32,000 bases of DNA from Desulfovibrio sp. (GTDB taxonomy: Bacteria; Desulfobacterota; Desulfovibrionia; Desulfovibrionales; Desulfovibrionaceae), in NCBI GenBank assembly GCA_031546885.1, contig JAVBJS010000017.1, positions 1,349 to 33,348 on the forward strand. Reading direction: 5' to 3'. The notes under the pieces were generated by a model. That model made no database searches, was not told where the DNA came from, and worked only from the letters and a program-made list of their open reading frames with translations. Both the position numbers and the translations under genes were made by a program. Of the stretch, positions 8,459 to 17,812 are shown piece after piece (position 1 is the stretch's first letter; each line of letters opens with the position of its first letter).

Positions 8459-9628
8459 TCACCAAGCATAAAAGACCATTTCAGCCATAAACGGATAGCT
8501 GGTCGCAAAACCCAGTTTGTAGGATGGTTCGATTTGCAGAATTTTTTCAGGCACAGCCACGAGGTCTTTATTGCTGTTGTGGTATCCGGAAATCATGAGT
8601 CGCGGCTTCCATCTTCGCAGCGTGCGCGTGGCTCCGCACAGACATGAAACTTCCGCTCCTTCAATGTCCAATTTCAACACATCCACACGGGATAAATCCC
8701 GTTCTTCAACAAAACTGTCCAAGTCCGTGACTTGGCATGGCGCAGTATCTGCTGTGGAGAACTCACGGAGGCAAGAACTTCCTTGCTTGAGAAAAAGGGG
8801 CATGCTCTGTTGTTTGGAAAAAAGTCCTTGGGGTATGAGCTCCACAACATCCGACCAGGGTGATTTAGTAAGCTCCGCGGCTGCCATAACAAAATTCTCT
8901 TGATTAGGCTCAAAGCCATAAACTTTACCGAAAGGGCCGACGGCATCGGCAAAATGTGCCACTTCGTATAGCCTGGAAGCTATTCCGCCATCTATCACAA
9001 TATCGCCTGGTTGGGGCCAAGTGGCAGGGTGCCGGTAATGCCTGAACGGGGCAAGCTGGATGTAGCCGATATTTCCGGTAATCATCGCTTTGATTGTACC
9101 TGCAAAAGAGGCTTTGCTTTCCTGGTCGTAAAGATTGGAATACACCCACTCCAATGCCGCAGCATGTTTTGAAAAAAAATCTGCATCCTGGCGCGTGCAA
9201 GATGCATCGCTTCGCCGTTCAGGATACATGAAAATATCTTTTCTGTGTTGCAAGACGTGGAACAGAAGAGAGCCAAACAAGGGTTGCTGAAATTCTTTTT
9301 CCCGCTGCATAAAATAGACTAATATATCTGCTTCAGGAGATTCTGCAATGGCGGAAAGAGGTATGATAGGGGCTGGAGGCCGATGAATGCTGTCTGCCAA
9401 AGCGGCAGCACTCTCCGGGTTTATGCATTGGGGAAAGATTACAATGCCCGCCAATGTTGCGTGAGGAGCTTGCTGCGAAATGTATGACAGGGCCGTATCC
9501 AGTTCGGGCAGGCCGACAACGAGTAAAACTCGTTGAGTGCCGGCGTCAAGGCCAAAAGAGACAGACGATTGGCACACGGTAAGGTGCGCTTTCAGAGATG
9601 GGCATTTGTGGGGGTATGTATAGTGCAT
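8459..9628 (-). CDS. FkbM-family SAM methyltransferase with a roughly 190-aa N-terminal domain of unknown function
   Basis: C-terminal half: VIDGGIASRLYEVAHFADAVGPFGKVYGFEPNQENF ... VDVLKLDIEGAEVSCL ... RLMISGYH (FkbM signature). Collinear paralog of 15601-16773. Confidence 0.8.
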   Translation of the reverse strand: MHYTYPHKCPSLKAHLTVCQSSVSFGLDAGTQRVLLVVGLPELDTALSYISQQAPHATLAGIVIFPQCINPESAAALADSIHRPPAPIIPLSAIAESPEADILVYFMQREKEFQQPLFGSLLFHVLQHRKDIFMYPERRSDASCTRQDADFFSKHAAALEWVYSNLYDQESKASFAGTIKAMITGNIGYIQLAPFRHYRHPATWPQPGDIVIDGGIASRLYEVAHFADAVGPFGKVYGFEPNQENFVMAAAELTKSPWSDVVELIPQGLFSKQQSMPLFLKQGSSCLREFSTADTAPCQVTDLDSFVEERDLSRVDVLKLDIEGAEVSCLCGATRTLRRWKPRLMISGYHNSNKDLVAVPEKILQIEPSYKLGFATSYPFMAEMVFYAW

Positions 9629-9887
9629 GTGGCTTCCTTAAAGAATGATCTTTTATTTCAAAGACTTTTTCAGTGGGCTGGTAGACAGGAAGAGAGAGGC
9701 TGTTTAGTGGAATAGCATGAGTCTCCACGGTCAAATGACGTCATAACCCACATATTTCACAAGTACGAACAAGTTCTTGAGATTTTACCTGTATTATTAG
9801 CAATTAACACAATTTCAACCTTACACTTCGCCATACAAATTGCGGATCAGGGGGGAGGGGGTCTGGGGTCGAGGACACAGGCCCTAT

Positions 9888-9927
9888 GGAGGGAAACTCA
9901 AGGGGATCATCCCTTGGGGTTCCCTCC
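9888..9927. repeat. Imperfect 17-18 bp hairpin in a G-rich stretch of an AT-rich spacer
   Basis: GGAGGGAAACTCAAGGGGAT / ATCCCTTGGGGTTCCCTCC are near reverse complements. They are preceded by G6-A-G5-TCT-G4 at 9850-9868. Confidence 0.5.
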
Positions 9928-10123
9928 CCCAGTCTCTCATGAAATATACGGCTAATTACATAGTAAAATTACATAGCAAGCAACGTTGTAATTTGTACTA
10001 AATAATTCCAAACAGAAGCTGCCTTAAAATAAAAGTGCATTACTTTGCTCACTTGCGAGCAAAACCATGAGTAGCGCGCTCCATATGTTATTTTGTAGAG
10101 TAGATAAGTTTATTCTTCTAAAA

Positions 10124-10982
10124 TTAAGGCGCGTTGGCGGGGAATCGCAGACTTTTGAAATCAAAAAGAATGCCATGCCACCCCTGCGCAGCGATATACT
10201 GTGTTGAATCTGTGTATTTACAAAAGGCTTTGGTCAGTCCCTCAATAGAAAATAATACTCTGTGCCCTGGGAAATACCTGTAAATATTAGTTACATCTTG
10301 CGGGTCAGCGTAGAGCAGGTGCTTCCAAGAAGACGCGGATGCGATGGGAAGAGAAACAAAGAGCAACGACTGATTAGAGCAATATGTTGCAAGCTCGTGC
10401 ACCATCAATAGAGGAGTTGCAAGGTGCTCAAGAACATGTATTGCTTAGAACCAGATCATATTTATCCAGCACTATAGAGCTGTTCCACTCCAAGGCCTGC
10501 AGTGCAATGGCATACGCTTCGCAGCCATGCGCAATGGAGACAGGATCGGTGTCGTACCCACAGACTTTTTTTCCCAGATTCGCAGCTACTTTGAGGGCCG
10601 TACCCGTTCCACAACCAATCTCAAGCACAGAAGAAAAATTCTTATAGGCTGCTATCTTGGTAAAAAGATCCTGTGCGTAGCCGATATTTCTTTCCTCTAC
10701 ATTTTTATGATGTGGCAGCCAATTTGAGGGTGAGGGCTTCTCGGAGTGAGCTGGAGCTGGTACAATCCAAAAAGAACGACAGTCGATACAGCAACGAAGC
10801 AATAAACGTGACGCGAGGCTATCAGTAAAAACATACCTGACAGGAACAACATAGGGGCTCTCGCAAGCAGGACATGCTTCTTTGCCTAACAAAAATGCAT
10901 TATCCATATCTCCCAGAGTGACACCAGAAATAGGACTGTGCAGTGAAGCCAGCATAGCGTTGCGATCCAAATCACTATTCAT
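10124..10982 (-). pseudogene. Frameshifted class I SAM methyltransferase with an N-terminal 4-Cys (zinc-ribbon-like) region
   Basis: ORF 10428..10982 carries CPACE...CCIDC and the SAM-binding motif VLEIGCGTGTALK, then stops after DLVLSNTCS. Shifting one nucleotide reads AIHVLEHLATPLLMVHELA..., the classic post-motif-II HVLEH box, and continues as track ORF 10124..10408. The frame break must lie within about 10431-10444. Confidence 0.6.
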
Positions 10983-11133
10983 TACACTTTGCTCATCATT
11001 AAATAGAGAAAAGTCATTTTGAGTCTAGATCAAATTTCAAAACAAACTTGATTTAGAATCAGAATTATAACATTAGAGTAGTTTAACTATGAAATAGGTG
11101 AACTGCTCTGGTAGGTGAAGATACCCTCCTCGG

Positions 11134-11898
11134 TTACGGCGTCATAGCCGCAGGCACAAGGTATAACCTGCCTCCACAAAAATTGGTTTCTTGAACGCTT
11201 AATCCTTTGCAACGGTAGGCTACATAACCATATTCCGAGAATAAATCAGATAGTACTTTCATGCCCCCCGGCAAAAGCGCCTCAATTTGAGGAGGATGAA
11301 CCTCAAGAAATATGCGTGTCCTTTGTTTCGCTAAAATCTCTTTCATTCCTGGCACAGCAAAGACCTCTGCACCTTCTATATCCATTTTGAGAATATCAAT
11401 TTCTTCATCAGCAAAATGAGCGGCAAGCGTTGTGCAAGGCACTACAAACGACGAAATTTCCTCCTGGAAAGAGGAAGAAAGAAAAGCCGCATCAATGGAG
11501 CCTGAACGAGAATATAAAGATTTCCAGAAAGTTACTTCTCCTTCATGTCCCGCAACTGCGCAATTACTATAAAATATCCGTTCACGTAAATCAGGATCAG
11601 ATGTAACTGCGGCTTGCAGTGCTGCAAATCTTGGTGGATCTGGCTCAAATGCGTGAATTCTAGCTGTTTTGGTCATTTCTCTGCTTGCGAGGAACATATA
11701 GAGCCCATACTCAGTTCCTACATCAACAAATACAGATGCCTGAGATATATATTGAATAAACTTTGCTGTAAACTCTTCAAACCAGAACAGCTTTGCCTCA
11801 TCGCGCGTCTGAACGTTGCTTTGGATTATTTTGATTGTGCTTGCAGCATGGTCATACGCTTCTTTAAATCCTGGGCGCGATTCTTCTTGTCCACTCAT
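11134..11898 (-). CDS. FkbM-family SAM methyltransferase (short form)
   Basis: FVDVGTEYGLYMFLASRE...IHAFEPDPPRFAAL ... IDILKMDIEGAEVFAV ... RIFLEVHP. Confidence 0.85.
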   Translation of the reverse strand: MSGQEESRPGFKEAYDHAASTIKIIQSNVQTRDEAKLFWFEEFTAKFIQYISQASVFVDVGTEYGLYMFLASREMTKTARIHAFEPDPPRFAALQAAVTSDPDLRERIFYSNCAVAGHEGEVTFWKSLYSRSGSIDAAFLSSSFQEEISSFVVPCTTLAAHFADEEIDILKMDIEGAEVFAVPGMKEILAKQRTRIFLEVHPPQIEALLPGGMKVLSDLFSEYGYVAYRCKGLSVQETNFCGGRLYLVPAAMTP

Positions 11899-11983
11899 TT
11901 TTGCATAACCTTGTCTTTTTGTACTGTTTCATCGGCGTAGCAATAGCCAAAACTCTTCACAAGGGTATATTTTCCCCTTTGCT

Positions 11984-12880
11984 TCACCCACCTGGACTGA
12001 TGCATCGTTTGCAAATAAAGTTTTCATCTGAGGCGCACTCTCCGGTGATTTTATCAGCCAAGCTCAAAAATTCGCTGCCCTTCAATATTTCGTGCAGGCC
12101 TGCCTTAGTGATATCGCCAAAAACAGTTTCCCGCTGGTAGTCCATACAGCAAAGTATGAGTTCACCCGTGTAAAGAAAATGTAGCCAATCCGTAACACGT
12201 ACACAGGAAAATCCCGTCAGGTCGGGCCGCACATTTTCCACCGTGTGAATATCATTGCGGTGGATGCTGCGTGCTCTGTCGTGGTAGGTAAAAAAGTGAA
12301 TGCTGTGTTTTTTTGTGATGCCGTTTTGTTGAAAAATTTCATTCCAAAAGCACAGATATTCTTCCTTGGAGAAAGAAAAATCGTGCTTAAGCTCAGGCAC
12401 TCTTCCTTCGCCCGCCCCATGAATGCGTATGGTCAGGGGGTGAGACTCTGCTTCTTTCAGCAAGTGAATAATATTACTCAAGCATTGCTCAAAGGGGATG
12501 CCCATGATTCCTTCAAAACTGCGCTTGTCAATGCCGTGAAAACTAAGCCAGATGTCATGCGGCCCCCCCTGCAAGGCAGCAATGAGCTTACGCGCTGCGG
12601 CTTTATCCAAAGCCAGAGCATTGGTGGAAACTTCAATAAGCACCGCTGGAAATGCTTCGCGAATCATTACGATGCGCTCAAATATTTGAGGATCGGCCAG
12701 CGGCTCATTTTCCAGATACGGGCAAATTTTTCTGATAGGCAGCGGCTTGAGCTCTCCCAGAATGCGTCGGAAAACCTGATCTGTCATGCGCCCAGGATTT
12801 TTTTTGTGCCAACTTTCCGGGTATGGGCACATTATGCAGCTGCCCGTGCAGACAGATGTAGTTTGAATTTGTATGTTCAT
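11984..12880 (-). CDS. Radical SAM enzyme with SPASM/twitch-type C-terminal Cys motifs (third paralog)
   Basis: CTGSCIMC eleven residues from the N-terminus. C-terminal CVRVTDWLHFLYTGELILC (C-x13(G)-x4-C) and CKRC. ATGA overlap with the upstream methyltransferase. Confidence 0.85.
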   Translation of the reverse strand: MNIQIQTTSVCTGSCIMCPYPESWHKKNPGRMTDQVFRRILGELKPLPIRKICPYLENEPLADPQIFERIVMIREAFPAVLIEVSTNALALDKAAARKLIAALQGGPHDIWLSFHGIDKRSFEGIMGIPFEQCLSNIIHLLKEAESHPLTIRIHGAGEGRVPELKHDFSFSKEEYLCFWNEIFQQNGITKKHSIHFFTYHDRARSIHRNDIHTVENVRPDLTGFSCVRVTDWLHFLYTGELILCCMDYQRETVFGDITKAGLHEILKGSEFLSLADKITGECASDENFICKRCISPGG

Positions 12881-13707
12881 AACGGTTTTGTGTGCTGCGA
12901 ATAAAAGGTCAAAGGCACGGGCGGCTTTTGCAGGCGCTCGTGCATGTTTGTTTTTGTATGCACGGAATCATAAACACCCAGTATCCAGGGCGATGGCGTC
13001 ATAGGGAACGATGCAAAATCTTTTTGAGCCAGCGCGTCATTTTCGAGCTTTTCAAGAACGATAACCATATTACGCACGGGATCGCGCAAGTCGCAGGAAA
13101 TTTCGCGAATAGTGAACGGGCAGGATTGTAATGCTTCGTTCAACAGTGCCGCATCAATTCGCGCACCATGTTGGCCCTCTCCTACTGCGTGTACTCGTGT
13201 TCCTTCAAACTGGAACAAAAAAAGCCCCCCTGGCTTTAATACCCTTAAGGCTTCTTTGATGTATGCAATAACGACACCCTGATCTATAATATGCTGAAAT
13301 ACACCCGCAGAAACAACAAATTCAACGGTGCTATCTGTAACGTCGTGCAACGAATTTCCATTTGTTAATACATAGCTGACGTTGGGCATGCAGCAACAGT
13401 AACTTTGTGCATTTTCAAGCATGGCGGCAGAGATGTCAACCCCAATGGCTTTCTTAAAATGGCAGGCAAGAATTTTCAAGAATCTTCCAATACCACACCC
13501 AATTTCTAAAACGGCAGAATCCGCACTCTTATAGCTGCCATACAGAGAATATCGCCGCAGCATCTGCTCAACAAAGCGCACTCCCACATTATGAAATTCT
13601 TCAAGATTCCAGCTTGCCCCAGCTTGTAAATGGCTTATGTAATTATATTGACTTTTGGCTGCAAGGGAGTCCCAGGTATTGCGCATTTCATGCAAGGTGT
13701 TTTTCAT
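12877..13707 (-). CDS. Class I SAM-dependent methyltransferase
   Basis: VLEIGCGIGRFLKILA...AIGVDISAAMLENA and LRVLKPGGLFLF motifs. The track ORF extends to 13986 but overlaps the upstream gene, whose stop is at 13724. I chose ATG 13707 (MKNTLHEMRNTWDSLA); 13785 is an alternative. Confidence 0.8.
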   Translation of the reverse strand: MKNTLHEMRNTWDSLAAKSQYNYISHLQAGASWNLEEFHNVGVRFVEQMLRRYSLYGSYKSADSAVLEIGCGIGRFLKILACHFKKAIGVDISAAMLENAQSYCCCMPNVSYVLTNGNSLHDVTDSTVEFVVSAGVFQHIIDQGVVIAYIKEALRVLKPGGLFLFQFEGTRVHAVGEGQHGARIDAALLNEALQSCPFTIREISCDLRDPVRNMVIVLEKLENDALAQKDFASFPMTPSPWILGVYDSVHTKTNMHERLQKPPVPLTFYSQHTKPL

Positions 13708-13723
13708 GGTATCGAGTTTGGCC

Positions 13724-15592
13724 TTAAAATAAAGAATTGTAGTCTGTTCGTTCAAATATGGTGAGATCTCCACCAATGGAGGCATTATGTATTTTTCTTC
13801 CTGCCGCTTCAAATGTTTCTCGTGCAAGTTTAAAATTACGCTCAACATGATAAAGCTGCGGATCATGCCATATTTTATTTTTAAAGTACTCAGGATGAAA
13901 GTGATTTGGATCGTCCTGCTCCGAGCATATTTGGTTCCCAGTAATATGCGCTCCAGAGGGGATAACATAGCGGTGATCCATTCCAATCAAGTACACTTCA
14001 CGGCACCCCAGCCAATAGGCCAGTTGCATATTAGTATAGGATATTGTGTGCCCGCTATATGATCTTTCCGCAAAGCATGTGGAAAAATGAGGTTGATGAT
14101 ACAGAGGTGAACTTTGACTGTAAAAACCTAAATTCAAGCGAAACCAATAGGAGTTGCTCCTATTGCTAATGCTGTCCCAATATTTGGTTGGAATGACGCG
14201 AGTGGCGACGGTATAAGCGTTAATAGCCGCAACATTCGCTTTAACAAATTCTGGGTCTTCCACAGTATAGAACGTGGGGATAAACCCTGTTTCTTCTGTT
14301 TTATAAAATATTCCATTACATGCGATGGTTATATCATCCTGTAGCAGACTAAGGTCATGCAAATTAAGAGACGGCCCGTTCCCTATAATAAAACAGCGCC
14401 TGTTGGCGTACAAGTTTTTCAAAGGCAACAGATCATTCCCATCAATAGGCCAAGGGCCGGGCTCTTCAAAGGTGCCCTGTTTCTCAGTTTTGGCAGACCT
14501 GCTGCCTTCAGCTTTTGCCGATGGGCAAACAGAAATGTGTGACTCTGACAACGTTATTTTTTCAAGCTCATGACGGAGCAGAAGATTCTCTTCTTTCAGA
14601 AGCCGTATTGTTTCTTCATGTTGCAAACGCAAGTACTTTTGTCTATCAAAAAAATGTAGTGCTTGCTGATACGCCACCAACATTGTTTTTGCCAAAGAAT
14701 CTAGGCTTACATTTTTCGTAGATGCAGCCAGCAAAGCAGCCAGATCCTCATCTGGAGATTCTGGCAAAGCGTCTGTGGCCATTGTGCGGAGGTTGCTGTA
14801 GAGTCGCGCTAAAAAACTTGTCTTCATTCGCTCTATCAGTTCATCCGGTACACCCTTTGTCCTGGCATAGGGGAGAAATTCCCTGAGCATCAACCCCATG
14901 GCTTCCACGGTTTCGGCTTTTTCACGCGATGCATTGTTGCACCAGTGGTGCCCATAAGCCATATGTTCAGTGCCTGCGTAACGGGTAGCATGTAGCAGAT
15001 AATGCGAAACCAGCAGTAAATCTTCCCGCCAGTGGCGTACTCCACTTGCTTGTGCACCCTCAAGTATTTTGAGCCACAGATCTCGCGAATACAGTTTGTT
15101 GTAAACGACATGCGCCCGCATGTCGGCATGTACGTAGGTAGAAAAAATATCGGGAGCTAGGAGGCGATCGTTGTAGGGGTGCGCCCATATCCATTCTCCC
15201 CGAAAACTGTGATCTTCGCCCAACATGGCAATGGGAAAATGAACAACATCGGCTTGCTCGTGCAGCATCACTTCTATATTTTTCGCCAACTCCTGTGTTC
15301 CCCACAGAATATCGTCAGCGTCCGCAAAAGCGATAATGCCCCCCCGTGCCTCTTTAATGCCAGTAAGGCGAGCATTTTTTGTGTATTGCCTGGTCGTATG
15401 TTCAATACATCGAATATTCAACCCTTTATCCAAATATTCAATAATAATATCCATGCAATGTTCATCAGAGGCATCATCAACAACGATAACTTCCATAGAA
15501 TGCACGTCTTGCGCAAGAATACTGTCAAGCAGACGCGGCAAAAGGTGCTTATGGTTATAATTGGCAATAACAATAGTAATTATTGGTGGCAT
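13724..15592 (-). CDS. Bifunctional glycosyltransferase: N-terminal GT2 domain, coiled-coil linker, C-terminal DUF115 (MptE-like / Maf-type) domain
   Basis: N-terminus: ITIVIANYNHKHLLPRLLDSILAQ...VIVVDDASDE...AFADADD. Linker: LRLQHEETIRLLKEENLLLRHELEKI. C-terminus: RRCFIIGNGPSLNLHDLSLLQDDITIACNG ... QLAYWLGCREVYLIGMDH. The GNGPSL box and the G-x-D box are the hallmarks I associate with DUF115/motility-accessory-factor and sialyltransferase-like proteins. Confidence 0.8.
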   Translation of the reverse strand: MPPIITIVIANYNHKHLLPRLLDSILAQDVHSMEVIVVDDASDEHCMDIIIEYLDKGLNIRCIEHTTRQYTKNARLTGIKEARGGIIAFADADDILWGTQELAKNIEVMLHEQADVVHFPIAMLGEDHSFRGEWIWAHPYNDRLLAPDIFSTYVHADMRAHVVYNKLYSRDLWLKILEGAQASGVRHWREDLLLVSHYLLHATRYAGTEHMAYGHHWCNNASREKAETVEAMGLMLREFLPYARTKGVPDELIERMKTSFLARLYSNLRTMATDALPESPDEDLAALLAASTKNVSLDSLAKTMLVAYQQALHFFDRQKYLRLQHEETIRLLKEENLLLRHELEKITLSESHISVCPSAKAEGSRSAKTEKQGTFEEPGPWPIDGNDLLPLKNLYANRRCFIIGNGPSLNLHDLSLLQDDITIACNGIFYKTEETGFIPTFYTVEDPEFVKANVAAINAYTVATRVIPTKYWDSISNRSNSYWFRLNLGFYSQSSPLYHQPHFSTCFAERSYSGHTISYTNMQLAYWLGCREVYLIGMDHRYVIPSGAHITGNQICSEQDDPNHFHPEYFKNKIWHDPQLYHVERNFKLARETFEAAGRKIHNASIGGDLTIFERTDYNSLF

Positions 15593-15600
15593 GGGATATT

Positions 15601-16773
15601 CTATGGCTCCACAATTGCATAAATAACAGTTTCACTAAAGTTGGGGAAATGATTCAATAGATATAATTTATATTCTGGAACATATTGTTTTATTATTCCA
15701 GGGAGATGAAGAAGATCCTGGTAAGAATTGTGATACGTGGAAATCATGAGTCTTGGCTTCCATTTCCGCAGGGTTTGTTGCGCTCCATGCAGGCACTCTG
15801 CTTCTGATCCTTCAATGTCGAGCTTAATAACATCAATTCGGGGAATGTTATGCTCACGCACGAATGAGTCTACATCAATCAGGCGGCATGTTGCTGTATT
15901 TTCGTTTTGCTGACTAACTACGCGAGAGCCACCAGCATTTGCGGTGATATGGGCTGAACCTTGCACGGAAGACAGGCCAAAGTTTTGCAGAGAAATAAGA
16001 TCTTTTAACTCACAATTACTGTGCTCTTTTATAAGCTGTTGAAAAAAAGATGGCTCTGGTTCAAAAGCGTACACTTTACCATTTGGTGCGGCAGCCTGCG
16101 CAAAGGCAACGACCTCGAGCAATCGTTCCGATATCCCCCCATCAATGACGATATCGCCCTGGCGTATCCAAGTCAGAGGAAATCTGTAGTTACGGTGTGT
16201 TGGCAGCTTAATAAAGCCGGGATCACCGGTAATGATTCCTTTGATCATTGAGGCCATGGCCGCTTTGCTTTCTGCATCAGAAAAAGCTTCGTATGAATAT
16301 TCCAGCTTACGAGAGTTATTGCGAAAAAAATCAGGTTGGGGATGTGTATACCAGAGAGTATTAGGAATTTCTGGATATATAGCGAAACTCTCTACAATCC
16401 CTGCAAGGGTTCGAATGGCGGCAAAATGATTGTTTGAGGCCTGCGGTGAAGCGGGATCTTCAAGATATACAAGCACGCGAGCGTCTGGATAGTCTATAAT
16501 ATCTTCATAATCAAGTACAGGAATAATAAATTTTCCAGCATCGGACTCTATATGTACAGCGGGAATGACAGCTTTCTTGCAGTCTGGAAACAGAATAATT
16601 CCACAAATTTTTACGTCATGGCATGTTGAACCAATATAAGAGATGGCCTCAGCTACAGCATTTTTTGATGTAACCAGCAAGACGTTCTTTGTATATTTAC
16701 TTAACCCACGCGATATATAAAGTGGGCACTTCAATAGTTGTTCTCTAAGTGTTCCGGCAACGTTTGTTTGCAT
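15601..16773 (-). CDS. FkbM-family SAM methyltransferase with a roughly 190-aa N-terminal domain of unknown function (paralog of 8459-9628)
   Basis: VIDGGISERLLEVVAFAQAAAPNGKVYAFEPEPSFF ... IDVIKLDIEGSEAECL ... RLMISTYH. The track start at 16827 is a TTG. ATG 16773 (MQTNVAG) gives an N-terminus collinear with the paralog. Confidence 0.8.
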   Translation of the reverse strand: MQTNVAGTLREQLLKCPLYISRGLSKYTKNVLLVTSKNAVAEAISYIGSTCHDVKICGIILFPDCKKAVIPAVHIESDAGKFIIPVLDYEDIIDYPDARVLVYLEDPASPQASNNHFAAIRTLAGIVESFAIYPEIPNTLWYTHPQPDFFRNNSRKLEYSYEAFSDAESKAAMASMIKGIITGDPGFIKLPTHRNYRFPLTWIRQGDIVIDGGISERLLEVVAFAQAAAPNGKVYAFEPEPSFFQQLIKEHSNCELKDLISLQNFGLSSVQGSAHITANAGGSRVVSQQNENTATCRLIDVDSFVREHNIPRIDVIKLDIEGSEAECLHGAQQTLRKWKPRLMISTYHNSYQDLLHLPGIIKQYVPEYKLYLLNHFPNFSETVIYAIVEP

Positions 16774-16843
16774 CAAATTATCCAGGTAAAAAAAACATAT
16801 GTAAAAGCTAATCCTCCCTAGCCACAAATACGCCTTTGTATAT

Positions 16844-17812
16844 TTATAATTGCAGAGATTTTATGGTATCTCTTACAACTTCTGCGTTGAGTGCAGTGGC
16901 AACAATCATGGCTTTAGTAAGTGTTTTTTTGTCAAAAAGCCGTAGGGCCTCTTTAAATAGGAGCCCTTGTGGATCAAAACCTTCCGACGCTGCAAGAGAG
17001 AGCCTCCCTGCGGCAACGCGCAATATTTTCAGGTACTTTTCCGAGAAAAGACGCAGTGTTTCCTCTGAGCAGCCCTGCTTTGCATAGTAGGGTAACACTT
17101 CTTCCAGCATGAGATAGGCATAAATGGTTCGCTCCGCCGTGTCTTGATTTCGCTTGCTGACGAAGCGGTAACCGTAGCCAACGTGCTCGCTCCCCGCGTA
17201 TTTGCGCGCATGGAAAAGAAAAAGGGGTGTCAAGTACGTATCTTCCGCATATCGGTAAAACCTGGTCTTCCAGGCCGTGTCAAGAACTTCCAGCCACTTC
17301 GCACGGGAATACAGTTTGTTCCAAACGACATCGCTTGCGTATGGCGTGCGCAGATAGGTGGTAAAGATATTTTCATTGCAGCCAGCAGGCATAAAAGGGT
17401 TGCCAAAATTAAAGTAAGAAGTAAAATCCCCGTGCGCATCGATTATCCCCGAGCGAAATTGCAGCACATCCAAATCGTTGTCGATAAATTGTCTTACGTG
17501 CTTTTCCAGCACCTCGGTACCCCATAGCAGGTCATCGGCATCCGCAAAGGCTATAATATCCGCCGTACTTGCTTTTATTCCAGCCAGTCGCGCGTTCTTG
17601 GTATATAACCGCTGAGGTGCGGTGATAAAGCGTATATTCAGCCCCTTGCTTCTGTAGGCTTCCAGCACATCAGTATAGGGGATGTCAGAATAGTCGTCTG
17701 ACACTACCACTTCCACCTCTCGCAGGGTCTGTGCTAGGATACTATCGAACAACATAGGCAGTGCATGCCCATGATTTCGGTTCGGAATAATTATGGAAAT
17801 AAGCGGCTTCAT
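16844..17812 (-). CDS. Family-2 glycosyltransferase
   Basis: LISIIIPNRNHGHALPMLFDSILAQTLREVEVVVSDDYSD ... IIAFADADDLLWG. Close paralog of 18506-19495 and of the N-terminal domain of 13724-15592. Confidence 0.85.
   Translation of the reverse strand: MKPLISIIIPNRNHGHALPMLFDSILAQTLREVEVVVSDDYSDIPYTDVLEAYRSKGLNIRFITAPQRLYTKNARLAGIKASTADIIAFADADDLLWGTEVLEKHVRQFIDNDLDVLQFRSGIIDAHGDFTSYFNFGNPFMPAGCNENIFTTYLRTPYASDVVWNKLYSRAKWLEVLDTAWKTRFYRYAEDTYLTPLFLFHARKYAGSEHVGYGYRFVSKRNQDTAERTIYAYLMLEEVLPYYAKQGCSEETLRLFSEKYLKILRVAAGRLSLAASEGFDPQGLLFKEALRLFDKKTLTKAMIVATALNAEVVRDTIKSLQL

Noticed and set aside
12245-12904. 219-aa plus-strand ORF
   Set aside because: It is antisense to the radical SAM gene 11984-12880, which has CxxxCxxC and SPASM-type motifs and ATGA coupling to its neighbour.
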